Positions 10,595 through 18,113 of a DNA stretch of 64,000 bases are shown here, piece by piece. The notes under the pieces were generated by a model. It was not told the DNA's origin. It saw nothing but the letters and a program-made list of their open reading frames with translations, and made no database searches. This DNA is from Eubacteriales bacterium (GTDB lineage Bacteria; Bacillota; Clostridia; Saccharofermentanales; UBA5734). The position numbers and the translations under genes were made by a program. Each line of letters starts with the position of its first letter. Positions within the stretch are counted from its first letter, which is position 1. The stretch covers positions 21,593 through 85,592 of the forward strand of contig JAQUEY010000001.1 in NCBI GenBank assembly GCA_028684955.1. The letters run 5' to 3'.

Positions 10595-11767
10595 ATGAAA
10601 GCTGAAAGCTATCTTTCACGCGGCGTCTCGCCGACCAAAGACGATGTTAAAAAGGCCGTGGCCCGGCAGTCCAAGGGCTTGTTTCCGGGTTCGTTCTGCA
10701 AGATCATCCCGGACCTGGCCGGTGATCCGGAGTATTGCTGCGCGGTCCATGCTGACGGTGCAGGGACGAAATCCTCGGTGGCCTACCTGATGGCCCAGGA
10801 GACCGGCGATCCGGCCTGGTACAGGGGCATCGCCCAGGATTCCCTGGTCATGAACACCGACGATCTGATTTGCATCGGTGCGATCGACGATTTCAAGGTC
10901 TCCAACACGATTGGCCGCAACGCCCACCGTGTCGATGCCACTGCCCTGGCTGCCATCATCAATGGCTACGACGAAGTGATCGACGCCCTGGCCGCACAGG
11001 GCGTGACCGTCGAAATGACCGGTGGCGAGACTGCCGATGTCGGCGATCTGGTCCGGACCGTGATCTGCGATTCCACGGTTGTCGTTCGTCTGAAGCGCAG
11101 CGAGGTCATCCATGCCGCCAATATCCGGCCGGGCCTTACCATCGTTGGCCTGGCATCGTTTGGCCAGACGACCTATGAGACCAGGGAAAACAGTGGCATT
11201 GGCTCGAACGGCCTGACCGGAGCCCGCCATCTGCTCCTGCACAAGGATTACCTGGAGCAGTACCCCGAGTCCTGCTCGGATACCCTGCCAGCTGACAAAG
11301 CGTATTGTGGCCGTTATCATTTGTCCGACCCGCTCCCAGGCTCGACCCTGAGTGCAGGGGAGGCCATCCTGTCTCCGACCCGGACCTACTTGCCAGTCAT
11401 GAAAGAGGTCTTTTCCCGGTTCAGGGAGTCGATCGCCGGAATCATCCACTGCACGGGCGGTGGTCAGGTCAAATGCAAAGATTTTGGCAATGGCATTCGC
11501 TATGTCAAAGACAATCTGTTCCCGACTCCGCCGATTTTTGCTGCCATTCTCGAGTCTGGTGAAGTCGGCGCAGCCGAGATGTACCAGATCTTCAACATGG
11601 GCCATCGCCTGGAGATCTATTGTGATGACACAACTGCAACTGGAATCCTGGAGATCTGTGCCCGCTTTGAACTGCCTGCCAGGATCGTCGGCCGGACCGA
11701 AGCCAGTGCCTCTGCAGGGGAGAATGAGGTCGTCATCCAGGACCGTGGCCAGACTTTCACCTGGTGA
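10595..11767 (+). CDS. AIR synthase-related (PurM-superfamily, long form) protein
   Basis: RGVSPTKDDVKKAV...GLFPGSFCKIIPD...AVHADGAGTKS...MTGGETAD...IFNMGHRLE matches the PurM-like N- and C-domains. ATG 10595 lies after GGAGGA. The ORF-track N-terminus overlaps rnpB. Confidence 0.7.
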   Translation: MKAESYLSRGVSPTKDDVKKAVARQSKGLFPGSFCKIIPDLAGDPEYCCAVHADGAGTKSSVAYLMAQETGDPAWYRGIAQDSLVMNTDDLICIGAIDDFKVSNTIGRNAHRVDATALAAIINGYDEVIDALAAQGVTVEMTGGETADVGDLVRTVICDSTVVVRLKRSEVIHAANIRPGLTIVGLASFGQTTYETRENSGIGSNGLTGARHLLLHKDYLEQYPESCSDTLPADKAYCGRYHLSDPLPGSTLSAGEAILSPTRTYLPVMKEVFSRFRESIAGIIHCTGGGQVKCKDFGNGIRYVKDNLFPTPPIFAAILESGEVGAAEMYQIFNMGHRLEIYCDDTTATGILEICARFELPARIVGRTEASASAGENEVVIQDRGQTFTW

Positions 11768-11840
11768 CCCCGGTGACCTGCCGGTGACTTGTCACTGCAG
11801 GTGACCTGTCACTGCAGGTGACCTGTCACTGCAGGTGATT
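11763..11840. repeat. GTGAC-based tandem repeat array; three 17-bp units (two identical, the first differing at one base) plus degenerate copies
   Basis: Units are GTGACTTGTCACTGCAG (11784-11800) and GTGACCTGTCACTGCAG (11801-11817 and 11818-11834). Shorter GGTGACC copies sit at 11763 and 11772, and a truncated GTGA at 11835. Each unit contains the inverted pair GTGAC/GTCAC. Confidence 0.9.
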
Positions 11841-11869
11841 TTGACAAATCCATAACCTGATGCTAAAAT
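11841..11869 (+). promoter_or_regulatory. sigma-A type promoter for rpsO
   Basis: TTGACA (11841-11846), 17-nt spacer, TAAAAT (11864-11869). Confidence 0.55.
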
Positions 11870-11947
11870 ACCATGGAATATGCCGTGGCAAGGTCGTGGG
11901 ACAGTCCGACCCCAACGTTGCCAGAGGCGAATCATATGGAGGAAAAC

Positions 11948-12211
11948 ATGGACAAGACCCGCAAAGCAGAACTCATCAAAGAGTACGGCCTGAAAGAAGG
12001 CGACACCGGTTCACCGGAAGTCCAGATCGCCCTTTTGACCGAACGCATCAACCACCTGACCGAACATCTCAAGACCCACAAGGGTGATCATCACTCCCGC
12101 CGTGGCCTTCTGATGATGGTTGGTCGCCGCCGTGGCCTTCTTGACTACCTGACCAGCATCGATATCGAACGCTACCGTACGATCATCGCCAAGCTCGGCA
12201 TCAGAAAGTAA
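11948..12211 (+). CDS. rpsO: 30S ribosomal protein S15
   Basis: [71 protein letters not shown] follows GGAGGA. Confidence 0.95.
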   Translation: MDKTRKAELIKEYGLKEGDTGSPEVQIALLTERINHLTEHLKTHKGDHHSRRGLLMMVGRRRGLLDYLTSIDIERYRTIIAKLGIRK

Positions 12212-12233
12212 GGCTCGATCAGACAAATGAATG

Positions 12234-12265
12234 TTGGCGGACGGGTCCACCGTTCGCCAATTTTT
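12234..12265 (+). terminator. intrinsic terminator after rpsO
   Basis: TTGGCGGACGG pairs with CCGTTCGCCAA (one G-U pair) around a 5-nt loop, then TTTTT. Confidence 0.65.
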
Positions 12266-12328
12266 CATTCATCAACTGATTCATCCCATCAAAACCGGAC
12301 TTTGCCAGTCTGTGTGTCGCTGTAGAGG

Positions 12329-12386
12329 GTAGATTGCACCTCTGGAACTTCTTATTTAGATCAAGTGTTCCAGGAGCGGAATCTAC
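12329..12386 (+). promoter_or_regulatory. long imperfect hairpin in the pnp 5' leader
   Basis: GTAGATTGCACCTCTGGAAC (12329-12348) versus GTTCCAGGAGCGGAATCTAC (12367-12386): 7-bp terminal blocks at both ends flank an internal loop. Confidence 0.35.
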
Positions 12387-12435
12387 AAACTACCGCCGTG
12401 CATGGATGACAGGTTCAAATCATGGAGGTATTCAC

Positions 12436-14781
12436 ATGAGTGCTCGTACATTCGAAACCGTCCTCGCTGGCCGCAAACTGGTCATCGAAACCGGCCATCT
12501 GGCCCAGTTCGCCAATGGCTCCTGTCTGGTCCGCTACGGCGAGACCGTCATCATGTCCAGTGTGACTGCATCAGCCACACCCCGTCCCGGCATTGACTTT
12601 TTCCCGCTCAGTGTCGATTACGAAGAAAAAATGTACAGCGTTGGCAAATTCCCCGGCGGCTTCATCAAGCGTGAAGGCCGGCCGACCGAAAAGGCCATCC
12701 TGACCTCCCGCGTCATTGACCGCCCGATCCGTCCACTGTTCCCGAAAGACCTTCGCAATGATTGCGCCGTCAGCAACCTGGTCATGTCAGTCGACCAGGA
12801 CAATGCGCCGGAAGTTGCCGCCATGCTCGGTACGTCGATTGCCATTTCGATCTCGGACATCCCGTGGAACGGTCCGATCGCTGGCGTCCATGTCGGACTG
12901 GTCGATGGCCAGGTCATCATCAACCCTGATGAAAAGCAGCGCGCCGAGAGCCAGATGCATGTCACCCTCGCCGGTACGGAAGACAAAATCTGCATGATCG
13001 AAGCCGGTGCCAACGAAGTCCCGGACGATGTCATGCTCAATGCCATCATCGAAGGCCACAAAGTCATCCAGGATCTTTGCCGCTTCATCAAAGGCATTGT
13101 CGCAGAAATCGGCAAACCGAAGTTCAGCTATGTTTCATCCGATCTGCCGGAAGACGTCTTCGCGGCTGTCAAAGAATTTGCCTACAGCGGCATGCGCATC
13201 GCTGTCTTGTCCGACGACAAGTCAGTCCGCGACGAAAAAGTCAGCCAGCTCAAAGCACAGACCACCGAGCACATCACCGCCCTCAATCCAGACTGGGCTG
13301 GTTATGTCGGCGATGCCATGTACAAGCTGGAAAAGAAAGTCGTCCGCGAATATCTGTTCAAAGAACATATTCGTGTCGATGGCCGTGCCCTTGACCAGAT
13401 CCGTCCCTTGTCGGCCGATGTCGGCATCCTGCCGCGCGTCCATGGCACCGGCCTGTTCCAGCGCGGCCAGACCCAAGTCCTGACCGCCTGCACCCTGGCA
13501 CCGCTCTCCAAAGTCCAGATGCTCGATGGCCTCGACAACGAAGACACCAAGCGCTACATCCACCACTACAATTTCCCGCCGTACAGCGTCGGCGAAGCCA
13601 AGGCCAACCGTTCCCCTGGCCGCCGCGAAATCGGCCACGGTGCCCTGGCAGAACGTTCCCTGATCCCCGTCCTGCCCAGCGAGACCGAATTCCCCTATGC
13701 CATCCGCTGCGTCTCGGAAATCCTGATGTCCAACGGTTCGACCTCCCAGGGCTCCGTCTGTGCCAGCACCCTGGCCCTGATGGATGCAGGTGTCCCGATC
13801 AAAAAACCGGTCGCGGGCATTTCCTCCGGCCTGATCGTCAATGAAGAGAACGAGAAGGATTACCTCGTTTTCATGGACATCCAAGGCATTGAAGACTTCT
13901 TCGGTGACATGGATTTCAAAGTCGCCGGCACCGTCGATGGCATCACCTCGATCCAGGTTGACATCAAAGTGGACGGTCTGACCTACGATATCATCCGCGA
14001 CGCTTTCGCCATGACCCAGAAGGGCCGCCTGCAGATCATCAACGAGGTGATGATGCCCGTCATCAGCGCCCCGCGCAGCGAGCTGTCCAAGTACGCCCCC
14101 AAAATCGTCCAGATCATCATTCCGGTTGACAAGATCCGTGAAGTCATCGGCTCCGGCGGCAAGGTCATCAACCGCATCATCGATGAAACCGGAGTCGAGA
14201 TCGATATCGAAGACGACGGCCGCGTCTTTGTCTCCTCACCTAACAGCGAAGCGGCTGACAAGGCCATCGCGATCATCCAGGGCATTGCCAATGATCCCGA
14301 GCCGGGACAGGTCTTTGAAGGCCGCGTCACCCGCCTGATGAATTTCGGCGCCTTCGTCGAATTCCTGCCGGGCAAAGAAGGCCTGGTCCATATCAGCAAA
14401 CTCTCCTGGAAACGGGTTGAGAAAGTTGAAGACGTTGTCAGCGAGGGCGACCTGGTCAAGGTCAAGGTCATGGAGATCGACGGCCAGGGCCGGATCAATC
14501 TCTCCATGCGCGACTGCATGGATAAACCGGCTGACTATGTCGAGTCTGACAGCAGCGAACGCCGTGGACCGATGCGCGACCGGGGTGACCATCGCGGTCC
14601 GCGTGATTCCGGCGACCGTGGACCCCGCAGCGGCGATCGTGGTGATCGTGGCGGAGATCGTGGTGATCGTCGTCCGCGTCCCCAGGGCCCCAGCCAGGGC
14701 CATTCCGAGCGCCCCCAGCGGTTCCAGGAACGCCAGGACAACACCGGCACACCTGAGAAACGCCGTGAGATCGAATTCTAA
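12436..14781 (+). CDS. pnp: polyribonucleotide nucleotidyltransferase (PNPase) with an Arg/Gly/Asp-rich C-terminal tail
   Basis: Two RNase PH domains, then KH (IREVIGSGGKVINRI) and S1 (GRVTRLMNFGAFVEFLPGKEGLVHIS). ATG 12436 follows GGAGG. Confidence 0.95.
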   Translation: MSARTFETVLAGRKLVIETGHLAQFANGSCLVRYGETVIMSSVTASATPRPGIDFFPLSVDYEEKMYSVGKFPGGFIKREGRPTEKAILTSRVIDRPIRPLFPKDLRNDCAVSNLVMSVDQDNAPEVAAMLGTSIAISISDIPWNGPIAGVHVGLVDGQVIINPDEKQRAESQMHVTLAGTEDKICMIEAGANEVPDDVMLNAIIEGHKVIQDLCRFIKGIVAEIGKPKFSYVSSDLPEDVFAAVKEFAYSGMRIAVLSDDKSVRDEKVSQLKAQTTEHITALNPDWAGYVGDAMYKLEKKVVREYLFKEHIRVDGRALDQIRPLSADVGILPRVHGTGLFQRGQTQVLTACTLAPLSKVQMLDGLDNEDTKRYIHHYNFPPYSVGEAKANRSPGRREIGHGALAERSLIPVLPSETEFPYAIRCVSEILMSNGSTSQGSVCASTLALMDAGVPIKKPVAGISSGLIVNEENEKDYLVFMDIQGIEDFFGDMDFKVAGTVDGITSIQVDIKVDGLTYDIIRDAFAMTQKGRLQIINEVMMPVISAPRSELSKYAPKIVQIIIPVDKIREVIGSGGKVINRIIDETGVEIDIEDDGRVFVSSPNSEAADKAIAIIQGIANDPEPGQVFEGRVTRLMNFGAFVEFLPGKEGLVHISKLSWKRVEKVEDVVSEGDLVKVKVMEIDGQGRINLSMRDCMDKPADYVESDSSERRGPMRDRGDHRGPRDSGDRGPRSGDRGDRGGDRGDRRPRPQGPSQGHSERPQRFQERQDNTGTPEKRREIEF

Positions 14782-14823
14782 GAAACGCCCTTGAAATCAA
14801 GGGCAAAGACCTCTCCCGATGAC

Positions 14824-14852
14824 TTGACACAGGCTGGGAATACCAGTAAAAT
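14824..14852 (+). promoter_or_regulatory. sigma-A type promoter for tRNA-Pro
   Basis: TTGACA (14824-14829), 17-nt spacer, TAAAAT (14847-14852), about 12 nt upstream of the tRNA 5' end. Confidence 0.55.
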
Positions 14853-14863
14853 CAACAAGTCGC

Positions 14864-14941
14864 CGGGGTGTAGCTCAGTTTGGCTAGAGTGCTTGCTTGG
14901 GGTGCAAGAGGTCGCCTGTTCGAGTCAGGTCACTCCGACCA
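14864..14941 (+). tRNA. tRNA-Pro (anticodon GGG), CCA encoded
   Basis: Manual cloverleaf: acceptor CGGGGTG/CACTCCG, D arm GCTC...GAGT, anticodon stem CTTGC/GCAAG with loop TTGGGGT, T arm GCCTG-TTCGAGT-CAGGT, then A-CCA. Confidence 0.9.
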
Positions 14942-14946
14942 CGATG

Positions 14947-14985
14947 AAAACCGTTGAAGTTAAGGCTTCAGCGGTTTTCTTTTTT
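14947..14985 (+). terminator. intrinsic terminator after tRNA-Pro
   Basis: AAAACCGTTGAAG pairs with CTTCAGCGGTTTT, followed by CTTTTTT. Confidence 0.75.
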
Positions 14986-15051
14986 GCCAGGCAGATGCAT
15001 TTTGATTACAATGGAAATGAATCGTTTTGACAGGTACAGGGAGCAACACAC

Positions 15052-18000
15052 ATGCCCTCACGCATTTTTCCCGGCCGTCCTGAACAGCCGGATTGGAATA
15101 GAATCGAGTGCCTGGAGCGGAATCGTTATCCGGCACATGCTTACCTGGTCCAGTTTCCGGACCAGGCGTCTTGTGAGCAGGCTCAGGAGGATAATCGACG
15201 CTACTTGTCACCCTTCATCCAGATGCTGACAGGTACCTGGGATTACAAATGGTTTGATTCGATCCTGCAACTGCCGGAGAATATTTTCTCCTATCGCAGC
15301 GGCTTTGACCGGATGACCGTCCCGGGTTCCCGGCTGGCTCGCGGCCGGTCACAAAGCGAGGCCCGAGCGTGGCCTTTTGTCCTGGACCCACCTCGTGTTC
15401 CTCAGACCCAGCCGGTTGCCGTCTACCACCGCAGTCTTGAACTGCCGAAAAACTGGAGTGCCCTGCGCAAAAAGCTGGTGCTTCAGGGGGTTCTATCGGC
15501 CTGCCATGTGGTCTTGAATGGAAAACTGGTCGGATATGTCCAGAACGGGCGCCATTTGAACGAGTTTGATATCACGTCGCGGGTCCATGACGGGGTCAAT
15601 GAATTATTCATCCTGGTCTATCCATACCATGCTGCCAGTTATCTGGACGGCCAGTGCCAGGCGAATCTGGCAGGGCTGGCCGGTGACATCTATCTGGAAG
15701 CAACGCCTGCTTTATCCGTCTTTGATTGTTCCGTGCATACCCGCCTGGATCCTTTGACGGGTCAGTGGGAACTGGCTGTCCGGGCGTTGGTTCTGACTTT
15801 CAAAGTGACCCAGGACCTGCCCCAGGTGCGATTCACGGTGGCCCGGGAAGGCCGGGTCATTCTGGAGGAGGCCATCAAACCGGAAAAAATTGAGCTGGAG
15901 CACGCTGGATTTGATGCGAAAGTCCAGCAGGCCGGTCTGGCGAGCTTGCACCAGGTTTGTCCGGATATTGATCCGTGGTCTGACGAGCAGCCTGAGCTCT
16001 ATGATCTTTTTATCACCTGCCTCGATGCCAGCGGCAGGGAAACCAGTTCAGTCCACCAGACCGTGGGCTTTTGCGAACGGTCAGTTCGTGACGGCAAGCT
16101 TTATCTCAATCACCAGCCGCTGTTTCTCCAGTTGGCCGATTATGATCCCTGGGATAGCCAGACCGGTCTGATGCGGCCACTTTCGAGTCTGGCCCGTGAC
16201 TTGCGCCTGGTGCGGCAGCATTTCAATGCGATCCGTCTCCTGGGTGGTTCTGTGGATCCCATCTTCTTTGAATTGTGCAATCACCTTGGACTTCTCGTCG
16301 TCATCGGTCCGACTGCTCAACCGATACCGGAATGGCTGTCTGCCGGGAAGTTCAAGGGGGAGGAGCCTTGGCTGAGCGAACCGTGGCGGACAGTCCAGCG
16401 AGATCGCTTGCAAAACCAGGTGATTTTGCTGCAAAACCAGCCTTGTGTCCTGGCCTGGACCACGCACGGCCCGACATCTGAACTGCACGCGCTGGCAGCG
16501 TTCGCCAGAAGTCTGGATCCTACCCGGCCTCTGGTTCTATTTGCCGCTGCCGAAGAAGAGATGGCAGGGAGTCCTGCTTTCGATGCCAGCCAAAACCAAT
16601 TCATCCACATCCTTGAACCAGGTTACAGTCTGCAAGGCGGTGGCACGCATCCGTTTCAGCAGACTCTTTCGGATATGGCCCAAAGCTCGCTCTATTCAGG
16701 GCTGGTCCTGGGCTCCTGGCAGGATGTGCGCACCCAGATGCACACCCCTCACGGCCGGTCCCAGTCAGTCGCACTGGCAGCGATCCGGCAAGCCAGCCGG
16801 CCTGCTGGCATCAGGCCGCTGGATCTTCTGGCCGGACAGTTTCGAGTGGACAACCGGACCCGGACGTTGAACCTGGATCTGTTTCGCCTGCATTGGCAGA
16901 TCGTAGCCAGCGGCCATCTGGTTCTGGCTGGCGAAATCGATTTGCCATCCGTCCTGCCGGGCGAAACCGCTGACCTTTTGATCCCGTATGCGGATGTCGA
17001 GCGCCCTCAGGATTTGCCCTGCCTGTTGCAGCTGACAGTTCACCAGATCGAGGCCAATCTGTGGTCTCCGGCTGACAGGATCGTATCGACTGACAGTTTT
17101 GAACTTGATCTCCTGCCGCCTGTCCGGGACCCGTTTCTCAAACAGCTGGTCCCCGTCATCGCTCCTGGCAGGAATCGACTCCGCCTGGAACAGGATCGCC
17201 ATTTGCTGGTCGTTTCCGGCCACCGCTTCTGGCTCGTGTTCAACCGGATCACCGCCCAGATCGAAAGCTGGCGCTGCAAAGACCATGAATACCTGGCATT
17301 TGTCCAGATGAATGGCCAGCTGGCACCTTCTGCACTTGTTTTCTGGCGACCATTTCTGAGCCAGGATCAGGATTGGGCCTGGGACTGGAACCAGCTGGGC
17401 CTGTCCGAACTGGAGCAAGTGGTTGACCGGATCGATGCCGACTGTGATGGCGAAACAGCTAAGATCGTGGCGCACTGCCGCTTTGGTTCAGCTGGAGCCA
17501 AAACTTGGCTTTCGGCCCGGCTTTCTTACACGATTCGCGAGAGTGGCAAGATTGAGATTTTTGTCAGCCTGCCGTGCAAAAGCCTGGACCTTCTGGCAGA
17601 GCTGCCCCGGATCGGCCTGCGTTTCCTGCTGCGCCGCCAATATGAACGGATCATCTGGTCTGGCCAGGGTCCGGGACCATCCTGGCCCGGTCTGCGCGGG
17701 ATGACTTACAGTGGACAATTCGAACAAGCCCTGTCCGATCTCGTGATGGACTCGAGCCAATCCTTCCAGATGGAAGTGCCACATGCCCAGACACAATGGG
17801 TTGCAGTTGCGGATGCCAGCGGCAGCGGCCTGCTGTTTGAAAGCAACCAGCCTTTCAGCTTTTGCGCCAATGACCGCCTGTCTGACCTTGGATTGCACCA
17901 GGGACACGAAGCACGAGCGACAAGCCAGAACCTGGTCGACTGGAAAATCGACTGGCATTACAAACCGTCCGGCGGTCAGCCTGGTCAAAAACTGGACCAA

Positions 18001-18069
18001 GACGATTTTACCGGAACACAGAACACAGCAGAGTTTTACGTCGCACTGACGCCTGTGACAGGACTCTGA
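15052..18069 (+). CDS. glycoside hydrolase family 2 (LacZ-like beta-galactosidase fold) protein, active site apparently degenerate
   Basis: 1005 aa, collinear by eye with E. coli LacZ: DWNRIECLERNRYPAHAY..., NAIRLLGG (LacZ NAVRCSHY), SLDPTRP (LacZ SVDPSRP), and C-terminal RIGLRFLL...IIWSGQGPGPSWPG (LacZ RIGLNCQL...VNWLGLGPQENYPD). Catalytic motifs are substituted (see findings). Confidence 0.7.
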   Translation: MPSRIFPGRPEQPDWNRIECLERNRYPAHAYLVQFPDQASCEQAQEDNRRYLSPFIQMLTGTWDYKWFDSILQLPENIFSYRSGFDRMTVPGSRLARGRSQSEARAWPFVLDPPRVPQTQPVAVYHRSLELPKNWSALRKKLVLQGVLSACHVVLNGKLVGYVQNGRHLNEFDITSRVHDGVNELFILVYPYHAASYLDGQCQANLAGLAGDIYLEATPALSVFDCSVHTRLDPLTGQWELAVRALVLTFKVTQDLPQVRFTVAREGRVILEEAIKPEKIELEHAGFDAKVQQAGLASLHQVCPDIDPWSDEQPELYDLFITCLDASGRETSSVHQTVGFCERSVRDGKLYLNHQPLFLQLADYDPWDSQTGLMRPLSSLARDLRLVRQHFNAIRLLGGSVDPIFFELCNHLGLLVVIGPTAQPIPEWLSAGKFKGEEPWLSEPWRTVQRDRLQNQVILLQNQPCVLAWTTHGPTSELHALAAFARSLDPTRPLVLFAAAEEEMAGSPAFDASQNQFIHILEPGYSLQGGGTHPFQQTLSDMAQSSLYSGLVLGSWQDVRTQMHTPHGRSQSVALAAIRQASRPAGIRPLDLLAGQFRVDNRTRTLNLDLFRLHWQIVASGHLVLAGEIDLPSVLPGETADLLIPYADVERPQDLPCLLQLTVHQIEANLWSPADRIVSTDSFELDLLPPVRDPFLKQLVPVIAPGRNRLRLEQDRHLLVVSGHRFWLVFNRITAQIESWRCKDHEYLAFVQMNGQLAPSALVFWRPFLSQDQDWAWDWNQLGLSELEQVVDRIDADCDGETAKIVAHCRFGSAGAKTWLSARLSYTIRESGKIEIFVSLPCKSLDLLAELPRIGLRFLLRRQYERIIWSGQGPGPSWPGLRGMTYSGQFEQALSDLVMDSSQSFQMEVPHAQTQWVAVADASGSGLLFESNQPFSFCANDRLSDLGLHQGHEARATSQNLVDWKIDWHYKPSGGQPGQKLDQDDFTGTQNTAEFYVALTPVTGL

Positions 18070-18113
18070 GGAGCCAAAGAATGCTCATACCATCATCAGG
18101 AGGAAGATAGAAG

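Noticed and set aside
11784-11834. Possible CRISPR array (short direct repeats).
   Set aside because: The units are contiguous 17-mers with no spacers. There are only three full copies, and no cas genes or leader. It is a plain tandem repeat.
12226-12324. 32-codon ORF (MNVGGRVHRSPIFHSS...) in the rpsO-pnp spacer.
   Set aside because: It has no SD. It starts inside the rpsO terminator stem and has no recognisable peptide features.
14560-14700. Apparent DNA tandem repeat (GATCGTGGTGATCGTGG...).
   Set aside because: It lies in frame within pnp and encodes the RGD-rich tail. It is a coding low-complexity region, not an intergenic repeat element. It is reported as a protein feature instead.
14795-14815. 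Hairpin GCCCTT-GAAATC-AAGGGC after pnp as an intrinsic terminator.
   Set aside because: No T-tract follows on the plus strand (AAAGACC), so it is not a convincing rho-independent terminator. It may still be a stabilising 3' stem, so it is not annotated as a feature.
18070-18113. SAM or T-box riboswitch upstream of metY, and a lysine riboswitch upstream of dapA (379-528).
   Set aside because: The metY leader is only 44 nt, too short for any known riboswitch. The 150-nt dapA/queA divergent region shows none of the conserved L-box or S-box core motifs that I can recognise.
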